Shown: positions 39,037-51,686, numbered from the stretch's first letter. The stretch: DNA of 64,000 bases from Epithemia pelagica (GCA_946965045.2 OX337233.1:2976001-3040000); one strand, 5' to 3'. The notes: generated by a model not told the origin, from the sequence alone. Made by a program: numbers and translations.

Positions 39037-39545
39037 GTTGTTCTTTGTTCGAACCACGGTGACAAGGAGCTACTGGAGAAGGTTGTGCTGTTGCGGCAAA
39101 GTCCAACGAACTTTTTGGGTTTTAGTTTTATGGAAGAAGCAGAAAAGGATTCCATGATTCATGATCCATGACACAATGGGTGGCGCTCGCTGCATCGGCT
39201 CACTCTCGAATATGCCGACTCGCTTGACGACTAAGTTGGAGACGCCAGCAGGGTGTGAATGCTGGCGCTTCGCCGGTGATCTCATCTTTCGGTGAGAACG
39301 AACGACGCCACACGCCACCACATCATTCGAAGACCTGCTGCCACTGCACAACATACCCAACAACAATAAAACAATCTTTTTCTCGTTGTGTGGGAGTGTG
39401 GTCGACGATCATAGTTTCATCGTTCTCTCGGGTATAACAAGTGTCCAGTCGAACGGAACGAACCAAACAAACCGTCCTCGATTGGTGAAACAGCGCAACA
39501 CACCAACGCGACGAGAGGAATCGTTTTTGGGAGACACTTGCTACC

Positions 39546-40599
39546 ATGGGACCCACCAAGTGCTCTCAGGGGTTGTCGCTGTCGAGCTGTTATGGTCTCC
39601 TTTCACTGATGCTGCTGCTGTCTCGAGTCCATGGGTTTGTATCCTTGTCATCATCATCTCATGGACCTGCCGTCTTGTCGTCGTCGTCGTCGCAACTGCC
39701 CCTGGCACCGCTCGTGCCCCGTCTCTGGCCCCAACGACCCGCGGTTCGAGGACGATCGACTCGATTGTTTGTCTTTGAACGCTTGTCGGAACAATCCATT
39801 GCCACCATTACGACGGCGCAAGAACAATCGCGCAAATTGTACTTGTCGGAAGTGGGCAATGAAGTTCTCATGGCCGGGTGCATTTGTCATCCCGACCAGG
39901 CCTTGCGTCGCACCTTGACCCAATACTCCATTACCTGGCGACGCGTCCAACCCACGCTCGTGGACATGTATGCCGAATCCAACAACAACAACAACAACAA
40001 GGAACAAGGCTGGTTGTCCAATTTTCGGGCCGCCAAGGACCAGGACAATGATTTGCCCTTTTCGCGAGACTTTAAACAAACGTTACGACAAGCCAGTCGT
40101 TTGGCCGATCAAATGGGATGTACGACCATTGAACCGCATCACTTGTTTTTGGCCCTCTTGGAATATCAAGAAGGCAGTAGTAGTAGTAGTAGCAGTGACA
40201 ATGCCAACAACAACAATAACAGCACGAACAATGGCCGAGCGGCTGCCAAAGTTTCCACGGCCGCCACTATTAACGACGACGATGTCTGTACCTGTGGTGG
40301 ATGGGCCGTTTTGGTCAAAATGAATGTCTTGGCCGAAACGGATTCGGCTCTGGACGTGTGTCGGACGCTCTTGGCGCACATTTTGGACGACTCGACGAAC
40401 AACAACAACAAGGAATTGGTGACGGGCACGAGCAATGGCAGCAAAACACCCACCTTGGCCGAATGTGGGACCGACTTGACGGAACAAGCGACCAATGGCC
40501 AATTGGATCCGGTTCATGGACGCAACACCGAAATTCGATCGTGTTTGCGCACCTTGATTCGACGACGCAAAAACAATGTACGTACGGAGGAGGAATAAC

Positions 40600-40631
<32 letters not shown>

Positions 40632-43529
40632 CGGTTGGTTCTGTGGTTGTTGTGGAGTTTGGACCAACATTTGTGCAGCACGCCAGGAATGTACAAGCTC
40701 TGGTGTTTCGTTCCAAGTCAAAAAGGAACCCCTCCAAACACCAACGACTCCAGTTCATTTGTTCTCACTACTCCTTTTCTGTTTGATTGTTCTACTTCTT
40801 GTTGTTGTTTGTTTGTTTCCATGTGGGACATTTAGGTATGCTTGATTGGAGAACCAGGAGTGGGAAAGGTACGTGTGATAAGAGAGTCGTGTACCAAAGT
40901 GGTCCACACGAGAAAAAAGTTCACCGAACTTGTTTGTTTCCCATCGACTTGTTTGCTTGTGTGTGTCCTTTGTGTGTGTTTGATGCCTCTCTGCGGATTT
41001 GTATTCCTGTGGTTCTTCCACGAATCGCGACCGATAGACGGCCATTGCCGAAGGTGTGGCCCAAGTCTTGGCGGACGAATCCAAATGCCCACCACGGTTA
41101 CGAGGACATCGGTTGATTAGTTTGGATTTGGCCGCCCTGGTGGCCGGAACACGATATCGGGGAGACTTTGAAGAGCGACTGCAGGCCATTGTCAAGGAAG
41201 TCACGGATCCCCAGGCTCCAGCCACCATTTTGTTTTTGGATGAGATTCACAATGTCGTGGGTGCCGGGGGCGCCGAAGGCGGCATGGATGCCTCCAATTT
41301 ACTAAAGCCCGCCTTGGCACGAGGCGAATTGCAATTGATTGGCGCCACGACCATTTCGGAATATCGCAAGTACATTGAAAAGGATGCCGCCTTGGAACGG
41401 CGGTTGCAACCCGTCTTGGTCAAGGAACCCACGGCCGAAGAAACCATTTGGATTTTACAAGCCGTCCAGGCCAATTACGAACGACATCATTCGGTACAAT
41501 ACACACCCGAGGCATTGGAAGCGGCCGCCTACTTGTCCGAACGATATGTCAATGACCGATTCTTGCCCGATAAAGCCTTGGATCTCTTGGACGAATCCGG
41601 TGCCTTGGCCAATTTGGAACACACCTTGTTGGAGGAGGATGATGATGAACAGCACGGCCGTGACACTGCCAGGGAAACCAAAGACGGCAAAGTGTTGGTG
41701 ACCGAACACACGGTAGCCGAGGTGGTGAGTGAATGGAGTGGCATTCCCTTGGGGAAATTGGAAACGCAAGAATTGGATCGATTGCGAGCCTTGGAACAGG
41801 AAATGGAACGACGCGTCAAGGGACAGGGACGGGCGGTCCGGGGAGTGGCTCGAGCCATTCGTCGGGCCCGTGCCGGACTGCGAGATCCCAAACGACCCAT
41901 TGCCTCCCTCTTGTTTTGTGGGCCGACGGGAACGGGTACGTGATTTGTCAAGGATAACTTTTGTGAGGAGAGAGACTGCAATGGAAAACACGTGTTCTCT
42001 CACTTTAGTGTGTGTGACCGATGTGTGGTGTCGATTGTTTTATTACAGGAAAGACGGAACTGTGCAAAACATTGGCCGAAACCTATTTTGGGTCTGAAAA
42101 AGACATGATTCGTATCGACATGAGTGAATACATGGAAAAGCACTCGGTCAGTCGTTTAACCGGCCCACCACCAGGTTACATTGGCTACGAGGAAGGTGGA
42201 CAATTGACCGAAGCCGTTCGCACATCGCCCCACTCGGTTGTGCTTTTGGACGAGTTGGAAAAGGCACATGGTGATGTATTGAACTTGTTGTTGCAAGTCA
42301 TGGAAGATGGAATCTTGACCGATGGCAAAGGCCGTACCATCAACTTCAAAAATTGCATTCTGGTCATGACCTCCAATGTCGGAAGCAAACGAATTCTGGA
42401 TGTGGCGCGAAAGCGAGACGGTTCCAGTGCATCCGTCGCGCCTCCCGAACCGGTTCGGAAGGAGCCACTTTCGCCTGTTACACCGACACCGCAACCTGCC
42501 CCCGTGAAACGTACAAAGAAACTCGATATCGAACCAATGCAACCAGAACAAGCTTTGAAGAAATTGAAATCAAATCCCAAAGCTGCTCAACTTATGTTAC
42601 AGGCATCTTCAGATGAGGCTCTCATGGGAGCAATCCGAACTGCCATGAACGGTTCTCCAGCCGATCTTCTGGCAGCTGGAAAGAATGACCCCGCAGTGGC
42701 GAATTTCCTGGAACAACTCTGGCAAATATTGGAAGAGGATGAAGATGAAAAGGCAGATACAAATGGAACGGTGAACGGAAACACGGCTCCAGAAGCAGCT
42801 AGCAAATCGGGCCTCGGAGCTATTCGATCCAGCGTGGAAGACAGTTTGGATGAATGGGGTCAGGCATCGAAAGAAGACTTTGCGTCAGAAGTTATGAGCC
42901 GTATGGATGCCTCCACTTCCGGTGCTGGATCGTCGGTGGAGGAACTGTATTCGGAGCTTGCGACAGTTGTGAAAGAGGAACTCGAAGCAGAGATGCGACC
43001 GGAACTGCTCAATCGCATTGATGAAATCGTTGTCTTTAGTCCATTGGCAAGGGGCGATCTGTCCCAAATCGCCAGACTGTTGGTTAACAAGACTGTGGAA
43101 CGGGCTGTTTCCGAGCAATCGTTGGATCTGGAGATTGCCGATTCCATCTACGACCGTATTTTGGAGGAAGGTGCAGCGCGGGCGGATCAATTTGGAGCGC
43201 GTCCCATGCGGAGAGCGGCCCAACGCTTTGTGGACGACTCTTTGAGCGAAGCGTTGGTCCAAGGATTTGTCGAATCGGGTGACCGGGTTCGAATGGAAAT
43301 GCTACCAGAAGAAGGGTCAACTGCAAACAAGCACAGGGGAAAAGAAGTGATTGTGGTTCGGCGAGCACGAGACAGTGAAGTATTAATGGTTGAGGTGGAA
43401 GACGCCGACGGGGGCATTGGAAATTTCGATTCCCGAAAACCCACTGCCTTGACGCGACAAGATGAACTTTCATCCTTCAACACAAATGGGGCGCAACAGC
43501 TCCCCTCTTCCGCCGCTCCTGCGGTATAG
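39546..43529 (+). CDS. clpC: Hsp100/Clp AAA+ chaperone (ClpC/ClpD-like), plastid presequence
   Basis: Clp-N ([18 protein letters not shown]), [65 protein letters not shown]; introns 40578-40835, 40869-41037, 41936-42048. Confidence 0.88.
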
Positions 43530-43850
43530 AGTTTATCGCTGATTGACGAACTTGAATGTCCCCTGAGCTTGTTGCTAATCATTAGAATCTTCTTGCTACT
43601 GCTTTTACCTAGTTGTAATAGTGACCCTACTCCTCAGTTGGTGGTGGTTTCCACATGCTTCTATATCCGCGTTGGAAGGGTTACGCAAGCCAATGTGTTA
43701 TGCTCATCACCATTTTACAGGTTCAATACAATCTTTGCAACTATATCAACGTTATCGGATAGAGAGTGGTACCATAGCAACACATAGCAATGGCCTCGCC
43801 CTACTTGTAACACAGAAACATATACATACATTGAATCTTGAAGAAACCAT

Positions 43851-44450
43851 TCACCAAGCTGATTTTGCGTGTTTGAGTTGCATATTTGTCTCCACGGCCG
43901 TGATGAGGAATTCGTTGAGAATGGCTTTGAGTTTGACTGCACTCAAACTTGCCAAGGCCACTGTTCGGCACAGGTTCACTTCATTCTTCTCATGTGCTAC
44001 GCCTAAGCTAGATCCTCTGGTTCGATCTTGAAGGTAATTGAGATCCATGGCTGTCTTGAGTACTTCCAAGACGTTGTCGTCATGGTGTAGTCGATAAACA
44101 CAAGTGTACACATAGACTGTATCGACTTGATCTTTGGGAAGCTCCACCACAACAATGAATCTCCGATAAGGGAAGGTACATGTCCTTGTACTGGGATTGA
44201 GACACAATGGCTTTCCGTTCGAAAGTCTTCCAACCTGACCAAGATACCTATCGAGAGTTCTTCGAGACTTGTTCAACCGCCGTTCTTGTTGAATGGCATC
44301 TTGTGGTGTTGTCAGAAACGAATCAATCGTCGAACTAGAGCTACCCAGCGATAGACACACTGACGAGTGTGAAAGAGATTTCCTTCGTAGAGGAACAGGA
44401 TCGCTGTTGTCCCTCCTGTTCCTCTGGTACGGTTTGCCCATGACTTCCAT
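43851..44450 (-). CDS. CesT/Tir-chaperone-like (type III secretion chaperone fold) protein, copy B
   Basis: CTFPYRRFIVVVEL..TVYVYTCVYRL..AMDLNYLQDRTRGSSLG..EVNLCR; paralog of copy A. Confidence 0.6.
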   Translation of the reverse strand: MEVMGKPYQRNRRDNSDPVPLRRKSLSHSSVCLSLGSSSSTIDSFLTTPQDAIQQERRLNKSRRTLDRYLGQVGRLSNGKPLCLNPSTRTCTFPYRRFIVVVELPKDQVDTVYVYTCVYRLHHDDNVLEVLKTAMDLNYLQDRTRGSSLGVAHEKNEVNLCRTVALASLSAVKLKAILNEFLITAVETNMQLKHAKSAW

Positions 44451-45202
44451 CTGTCTCTCCAGTTTTTGGGTGTGTTGCAGATCAAAGGAAAAGTGAAGAT
44501 TTGGGAAAAAATGAGACGGTGACGCGGAAGGTGCGATTTGCGGGCTCGGCGCTTAAATTTCGCCACGAAGAAGCACTCGTGACAGATGGAAAGATACCCA
44601 CGCTCACGTTTTGGGGGATAGGTTTTGATTGGTTGATCGTAGATGACGTAGACTCCCCAAAGGAATAGGTAGCAATGGCTACCCCAACACTCGAGAATAA
44701 GTGATCGCAGCAGCATAGAAAACGAGGCTATTATATGGTACCTACTCCTCTAGTAACACATAAACATCATTCCAGTGAACGAATCCTTGCTCATGGCCAC
44801 CAATTGGACTCTTTTCTTGTTCTAAAATATAGGAAGATGTATGAAATTGTATAGGCTTTGTCATTCCTTTGGAGATCTGATGTAAGGAGTTTGTTCCTCT
44901 CTTCGTGCTTACCTGCTTTCCAATGAAAAGCGACACATGAGATGCTTAGCTATCCTAAAAAGCAACATCCACACGAACACTTTCACGAACAAAGTGACTA
45001 CGAGTAGGTATATGAAAAACATTATTATGACGGAGATGAGTGCTTTTGTTTGTGATGAAATACAACCATTCCGGAATCTCCGTCAGCATAGCAAAGGTTG
45101 AAATGGCTGTTAAGGTTGATAAGCTTGAACGTGTTCTTTTTTCCATCCCAAAAAAGTATATTGGCAAAACCAAGGGTTCGAAAACATTGTCGTAGTGTGG
45201 TC

Positions 45203-46099
45203 TCAGGTTGTAAATGTTCGGTTTCGGACATGTTGTGGTTTCTTGGATCTCCGAATGAGACTTGGTCGCTGCGCTTCTTCGGCGGTGGACAGTTCAAACG
45301 ATCGTTTGGCTCGTTCTAGTTTGGCATGTGCATCACTGGCCGTCTTGAGAAATTCTTCCAGGGCCAGCCCCAATTTGGCAGCGTTGTTGAGTGCCTTGAT
45401 GGGAATCGAGCGACACAAATTGACTTCCCCACCTCGCATACCCAAGGTGCTGCCCTTGGTGCCGGCCTGTAGGTAATTGAGTTCCATGGCCGTTTGAGCC
45501 ACCTTGCCAATATTGTCCGTCTCCTGTTCCAACCGACAGACACAGGTATAAATGTAGACTGTCTTGGGTTGATCCTGAGGGAGCTCTACTACTACCAAAA
45601 ATCTTTGATACGGAAACGAACAAGTCCCGGTTGTTTGATTGAGAGTAAGAGATCGACTCACGCCCTGGATGGCTTCTCCGGACGACGACAGTTTGCGAAG
45701 ATAGTCATCGAGTGTCTTGCGAGAGGTTCGGAGACGTCGTTCTTCCTTGATCGAGTCACGAGGTCTCCTGGTCGAAGAAGAAGCGTCGTCGTTTGCGACC
45801 ACAAAACTGGACGAGGAACTACTACGCCGACGATGATGAGAAGATCCACGTTTCTGTGTGGATAACGAGGCAATGGAGGACCCACGATCGACAGTGTCTT
45901 TCGGGTGGGTCGTCGGCGAAGGAGCATTCAATCGTGAGTCTGGCACAGGTTCGGGTGATTTGACTGGGGGCTGAACCGTCGCCTCATTGTCGTCCAGTTG
46001 AAGTTTCCCATTCTTCTCCCATTGTGCCCCGTTGTGAATGCTGCTGTTGTTGGACGGCACCACACTGGCTCTCCCTCGCATGGATCGTCGAGACAACAT
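45203..46099 (-). CDS. CesT/Tir-chaperone-like protein, copy A, with Ser/Arg-rich N-terminus
   Basis: LTLNQTTGTCSF..AMELNYLQAGTKGSTLGMRGGEVNLCRSIP..LEEFLKTA resembles the CesT pattern L.AN....TGGA.LG. Confidence 0.6.
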   Translation of the reverse strand: MLSRRSMRGRASVVPSNNSSIHNGAQWEKNGKLQLDDNEATVQPPVKSPEPVPDSRLNAPSPTTHPKDTVDRGSSIASLSTQKRGSSHHRRRSSSSSSFVVANDDASSSTRRPRDSIKEERRLRTSRKTLDDYLRKLSSSGEAIQGVSRSLTLNQTTGTCSFPYQRFLVVVELPQDQPKTVYIYTCVCRLEQETDNIGKVAQTAMELNYLQAGTKGSTLGMRGGEVNLCRSIPIKALNNAAKLGLALEEFLKTASDAHAKLERAKRSFELSTAEEAQRPSLIRRSKKPQHVRNRTFTT

Positions 46100-47290
46100 G
46101 TTGATATATTGTGTATGGTTCGTTGTCAGTCGGAGTTGGTTGGAGGGGTTGTCTTGCAATCTGGACAAGCTAATGCGTTGGAGAACGTATTCTTGCACCG
46201 TCTCTCTCTATCTATTGTGGTGTGTGGTGCGTTGAGAGCTTTATGACCGTTGTTTGCGCGTTGCTGCAACTTGCTGGTTGCTTGGGGTAGGGATTTGGGG
46301 AATTCTTGGGGGTGTTAAAAGTTGTCGCTCTTTAGCGCACATGTCCGAGTCATTCGCTGTTTTGTACTCTTTCCTTTAGAGTGACGGTCGCCAACCATGA
46401 AATTCGCTTTTGCGCGAGCGAATTGATTGGTTCACAACGGTTCCTTTCCAGATGCTTCTTGGACAGCAGTCACGCCCTATCAGTCGGGACTTTACCTGTC
46501 TTATCATTATGTTGACCATTATGTACCCAAGATCCCTGAGGATTGACAAATCTCGCGAAAGGGTTCGAGAAATTTAGATGTGTCTTGGATCGCGCCTGTC
46601 ACGTCTTGTTTGTTGATATCGCGCGCGCCAGTTGTATCTTGTTGGGAGGTATCTTTCCAAAAAACCCTTGTGACTGCGCGATGCTTTGATAAATGGGCGC
46701 AGTCCCGAGGGCGGCAGCATCGCCATAAATACTACTAACATTACTTATGGATTCCCCCATTGGGTCCCCCAAACGATTGTCTCCGTAAAACTCTCCGTTT
46801 CCTCACACTTTTTTCTGCGTGCACCTCTCTATGCAGACCAAACAGTTTCTTACAACGAGAAAGACATGAGGATAGCGTCTGGGACGATTTACTATTATTT
46901 CTCCAAACGAAACACAACGAACATGGAGGATGACCTCTACAAATATCGGGTCTCTTGGTGAGCTGCTTGCCGGTACGTCATCTCCTCCTCTGCGGAACAG
47001 TGTAGCACACGTCGCCAAGTCTTTCAATGAGTGGCCTCTTCAATTGTTATTACTACTTTAGTCTCAAGATTCGACTGGACAATACTACCGGTAGACTCCC
47101 TCGAAACACCACGATTCTACAATATGGCCGGCGGGTGTGAACGACTGAATTTGATGTCCGAAACGTGTTTGTGTTTCATTCTCGATCACACGGTGGATCT
47201 AAACATCATGCCGCTGCGTCACAGGGAGGTCGGCCATCATGACGACGTCTTTATCGCTGGACAATACCAGTATCCAAGTGATTCCCTGCG

Positions 47291-49393
47291 TCATGGTGTT
47301 GACGTGGAGGAAGTGGACTTTGTACTGGGCGGACTGTCGTTGTTGTCGTGATCGTCGTTATCGTCAATGTTGCCATTCGTCGTTTCCTTGGTCTCATCTC
47401 GCAGCGTCTCACTGTTGGTGGATGCAGGATTGAACTCGTCGTCTTGTGACGTTTGGCCCTCAAACTTTTCGATCACGGGTTCTTCCGGGGACGTTGTATC
47501 TGCATTGTTGGGATCGTAGGTTTCAATAATTTCTTGTCGAACAACATTGGCTTGGTCCTCCTTGCCCATGGCTTGAAGCAATTCAGCCAAACTATGTTGA
47601 GTGGCATAAATATCGGGATGCCCTTTGGGCAACAATTCGTTTCGAACAATCAAGACATCTTGGTACAAGGAATAGGCTTCTTGGAACCAGGCATTGGCTT
47701 GTGCAGTCGGATCGTCCGGTTGTGGTTTTTTGGACGACGACGAATCTTGTGAATCCTCCAAAGCACCACCACCACCATCATCATCATTGGTAGGAGATGC
47801 TTCTTTGGATTCGCTGGTTTCCACTAATGCTTCTTTGGATTCGCTGGTTTCCACTGTAGACGATGATTGCTCCGCTACGTTGGTCTCCTTGTCCGTGGGG
47901 GATTCGGTAGAATTCTTTGCCAGTGCATCCTTTTGGTCCCCCGTGGTCGACTTGTCGTCGTTCTGGCTCTTGTTCGAGTCCTCGTCCTCCCTCCGTTCCA
48001 TGGTCGTGGCCCGTGCTTTGAGAAAGACGGCCAAATTTTGAGCCGCCGCCGAAGCCGACAAGGTCAGCAGAGGGCGTGTTTGTTGCGCCATGCGATCCTT
48101 CCACGATTCCATGATGGTGTCATCATCATCATTGTTCCCCAACGACAATTGTGGGTTGGTGGCGGCTTGTTGTTGTTGTTGTTCCTGATATTGTTGCACC
48201 GTCATTCCCCGTGGTGTGTCCATGGCGGTTTGCAAGGCTTGGCGCAAATGATCTTCGGCCGCTTCCCATTCGGCGACTGTCGTTTGATTGCGCACATGAA
48301 TATAGCGATGAGGAGAGGTTTGTTTGTATTGTTGCAAAATTTCCATGGCCAAGGCGGCTCCCCACGACGATCGACTGGCCACAGTATGGGGATGATCCGG
48401 TCCTCGTTCGTCCAATCGAATTTGATAGGCCTGTTTGGAGACGGTAATGGCTTCTTCCAACAGGGTCAATCGATCCGTGGCCTTGAGCATGCCATCCAAA
48501 TGAATTTGAGTCCGATTCAAAATGCCCAAATTGTGCAATTGGGTGGCATAATTGGCATGATCCGTGCCTACTACCGCCTTGTAAATTTTGAGAGCCTTTT
48601 TATAGGACAATCGCGCCAAATCGTAATCGCCCAACATTTTGCCAAACAATCCGACATCATTGTGTCCACTGGCCGTGGCGGGATGGTTGGTTCCAAAATG
48701 TTGTTCGGCCGCTTTTAAATAGTCTTGAGCATGTTGGAGACCGGTCCGATACGATCCTTGTCGGTAGTCATCGTGCACCTTGTTTTGCAATTGTCCCAAT
48801 TCCTTTTCCTTGTCTTGATCGGGGGTGGTATACTTGGGTGTATAGTCCTTTTCTCCCGGCCGTCGTGCTTGAATATACGGATTGGTGGATTTGTTGTTCT
48901 TGTTGCGTTGTCGCGATCGGGCCTTTTTGCCAAAGCATCGACGAGCCAGCATGGGTACAACGAGTTGTGGGTGATTCTTGTTGTTGTTGTTGTGGATGGT
49001 TGTCTCTGGTTGTCGTCTTGGGTCGTTGTGGTTGTGGTTGTTGCCCCACCGAATGAAAGAACCTGCGGTGATTATGGTCCCATAGGTTCGACTGGACCCT
49101 ACGGGAGCAGCAACGGGAGAACGGAACAAGTGCGGTTGCCCTTCCAGCAGGGTGCTGAACCGAGACGACTGCCAACCACCACCACCACCATAATAATAAT
49201 ACGACGACGACGATGATGATGATGATGATGATGGTATGGGGATTCCACCACAACCACCTCGTTGGGAGACGACACGGTGGTGATGTAATGTGTGTGGTTG
49301 GCTCCATCGTCCCCCCGATTTTGGTAGTGACCTCCAAGCAGCAGTAGTAATAGGAGTAGTAGTTCTATGAGGAATCATGGTTGATTGGAACAA
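47291..49393 (-). CDS. Kinesin-light-chain-like TPR protein with probable mitochondrial presequence
   Basis: HPATASGHNDVG, DHANYATQLHNLG, DHPHTVASRSSWG, GHPDIYATQHSLAELL; basic Ser/Arg-rich N-terminus. Confidence 0.8.
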   Translation of the reverse strand: MFQSTMIPHRTTTPITTAAWRSLPKSGGRWSQPHTLHHHRVVSQRGGCGGIPIPSSSSSSSSSSYYYYGGGGGWQSSRFSTLLEGQPHLFRSPVAAPVGSSRTYGTIITAGSFIRWGNNHNHNDPRRQPETTIHNNNNKNHPQLVVPMLARRCFGKKARSRQRNKNNKSTNPYIQARRPGEKDYTPKYTTPDQDKEKELGQLQNKVHDDYRQGSYRTGLQHAQDYLKAAEQHFGTNHPATASGHNDVGLFGKMLGDYDLARLSYKKALKIYKAVVGTDHANYATQLHNLGILNRTQIHLDGMLKATDRLTLLEEAITVSKQAYQIRLDERGPDHPHTVASRSSWGAALAMEILQQYKQTSPHRYIHVRNQTTVAEWEAAEDHLRQALQTAMDTPRGMTVQQYQEQQQQQAATNPQLSLGNNDDDDTIMESWKDRMAQQTRPLLTLSASAAAQNLAVFLKARATTMERREDEDSNKSQNDDKSTTGDQKDALAKNSTESPTDKETNVAEQSSSTVETSESKEALVETSESKEASPTNDDDGGGGALEDSQDSSSSKKPQPDDPTAQANAWFQEAYSLYQDVLIVRNELLPKGHPDIYATQHSLAELLQAMGKEDQANVVRQEIIETYDPNNADTTSPEEPVIEKFEGQTSQDDEFNPASTNSETLRDETKETTNGNIDDNDDHDNNDSPPSTKSTSSTSTP

Positions 49394-49700
49394 AGAACAA
49401 TGGAATTGCTGGATCTACCGATGATGATGCATCCCTCATAGGGAGGTTGCCGGATGCCAATCTTTTGATGGATGGTGTTGGTGGAGAATGAGAGGTCGCA
49501 CTATTATGATGGGTCATCTTGTGGATCGCGCAAGGGTAGCGTATAATGTCGGGGGGTTCTTTCACCGACCCGCGCGAACCGTTCGAAAGCCGCGCAGGCG
49601 CAGGGTCGGTGAGAGATGCGACAGAGCGAATCTTTGGACCACAAAATTGTCGCCTGAGCGCGAGAGAACCCTCACTCAAACACAACTACTTGTTCTCACC

Positions 49701-51176
49701 ATGAGGTACCACCCTCCTGGTGCATCCAGACCTGTCTACCCATATCTTGTTGGTGGTGTGGTCTCGTGGTTTGTGAACTTGTCCGTGCTTCCCTTGGTGT
49801 CGTCGTCGTCGTCGTCTTATCCGTTTTTTGCGTTGGAGTGTCCACCAAATGGATGTGGTCCGTTTGGTACCTGTGTTCCGCAAGCATGTCCATTCGCCAA
49901 GAAGGAACCACCAGAACCTTGTCCTCGTCCAGCCGGAACACCCAGCAGTTATTGTCACTGTCAACAAGGCTATGCGGGAGCCGATTGTTCCTTGCGCGTC
50001 GAGTATTGCCGTTCGTTGGATGCGACAGAGTCTGCGGTGGTCGAGTTCCAGTGTTACAATGGTGGTACTTGTCGCCGGTCCACGGAGGAAGGACAATCCT
50101 CATCATCATCCTGGTATTGCGATTGTAGTACAGCTGTGGGAGATGCCGGAACCATCCTGGCCGGTCCCCATTGCGAATACACGCTCTGGACGTCGTGTCA
50201 TGAGGATTTGGACCAGGAACAACGACAACACGGCAGGATGCCAGCCGTTTCGGTGGTTCCCACCCATGCCTATTGTGTCAATGGAGGAACCTGCGCCCGT
50301 CTCGTTTCTCCTGGTCACGCCCATCCCGGATGTCAGTTCTGTCCACCCGAATTGGAAGGACGCCATTGTCAATACGCCTTGGGGACAGCACCCCTGGCCG
50401 AATTGCACCACGCCCAACAATTGCTGGAACAATCGCACCGCCACCAACAACTGTTCAAAGAAGACTCGATTCTGACTCTGGGCTTTACCGGATTGGGGGT
50501 CGTCGTTGTGGTTCTGGTAGTAGTGGGTACCATCGGGTTGGTCTACCAGCATCAACGACGACGACGACGACAACGACAAGAACAGCAACGACAACATGAC
50601 GACGACGACGACGAGGAGGATCCAACAACCACCACGACGGACACCACCAAGAACAGTATCTATCTCGTGGACCCCGACCTACTCCACCAGAGAAGAGAGA
50701 ATCATGCACAAGCACGTCCCAACTTGCACGATCCACAAGATTTGTTATCCTCCATCACCGCCTTGGATCGTGCGCAACCACCATCATCATCATCATCGTC
50801 GTCGTGGATGCAACGGGTCACGCAGTCCTGGGTGTTGGTTCGTGGCGCTGCTCCGACTCGCACAAGCAGCGCCACCACCACCAAGACCCACCTGAGACGA
50901 CCACGACGACGGCAACGAGGCGGCAAACATGAACGTCGACGCAGTGCCGTCGCCGATGTCAATCCACCCATTATGGATCTTCCTCATTTGTCGGGGTATT
51001 CCGACCATGTCTACGACGAGAAAGCGGGCGACGACAACAACAACAACAACAACAGCGACCCGTATCGTCCGTCTCAGTATCCAGGGGATGATGATGATGA
51101 GGAGGAGGAAACAAAACAGGCGCACCAACAAGAAGAAGAAGAAGAAGATGATGATGATGACGACAAATTGGTCTAA
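49701..51176 (+). CDS. EGF-like repeat single-pass membrane protein
   Basis: Signal peptide, three Cys clusters (CHCQQGYAGADC, CYNGGTC..GPHCEY, CVNGGTC..EGRHCQY), TM GLGVVVVVLVVVGTIGLVY, basic stop-transfer. Confidence 0.8.
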   Translation: MRYHPPGASRPVYPYLVGGVVSWFVNLSVLPLVSSSSSSYPFFALECPPNGCGPFGTCVPQACPFAKKEPPEPCPRPAGTPSSYCHCQQGYAGADCSLRVEYCRSLDATESAVVEFQCYNGGTCRRSTEEGQSSSSSWYCDCSTAVGDAGTILAGPHCEYTLWTSCHEDLDQEQRQHGRMPAVSVVPTHAYCVNGGTCARLVSPGHAHPGCQFCPPELEGRHCQYALGTAPLAELHHAQQLLEQSHRHQQLFKEDSILTLGFTGLGVVVVVLVVVGTIGLVYQHQRRRRRQRQEQQRQHDDDDDEEDPTTTTTDTTKNSIYLVDPDLLHQRRENHAQARPNLHDPQDLLSSITALDRAQPPSSSSSSSWMQRVTQSWVLVRGAAPTRTSSATTTKTHLRRPRRRQRGGKHERRRSAVADVNPPIMDLPHLSGYSDHVYDEKAGDDNNNNNNSDPYRPSQYPGDDDDEEEETKQAHQQEEEEEDDDDDDKLV

Positions 51177-51686
51177 GCTAGAAAGCATTGTTTGGTTAGG
51201 AGTTGTAAGTTTTAACTACGGTGGTCGGTGGTGGGCACCTCGCAGAACTAGGTAAGCTAGGAAACCCGGATGTTTTCCCATGAAACGACCCTTACTGCTG
51301 ATTTTTTGATACTCGCACTTCTTTTTACTTCCTACTTGTAACTCTTTCGTTCTTCTAGGTAGATTCATTCGGAGTATTTAAGTTTCAATTAATAGGTTTG
51401 CCCGCCTAGCCGCAGAGAGTCTAAAAGTAAGTACGCTTAGGAGTACTTGTTACCGTATACTCCTGTCAAACAAAAACAACAACAGCCATTGACAATCCTG
51501 ACACAAAATTCTGGGACACCCGCTATATTTGTAACCATGACCCCACTGGGCTTATTTCTGATTGGTTGAGATGACTGTACCCGATTTTTGTACACTATCA
51601 AAAGAGGAACCGGCACGTGTCTAAAAAATTACTTAAATGTACCAATTATTGAACTTCGGGAAGCCTTGCGCTGAGCTCGCCAAATG

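Noticed and set aside
46686-47351. Small ORFs between the CesT-like and TPR genes
   Set aside because: No motif or consistent splice model; left unannotated.
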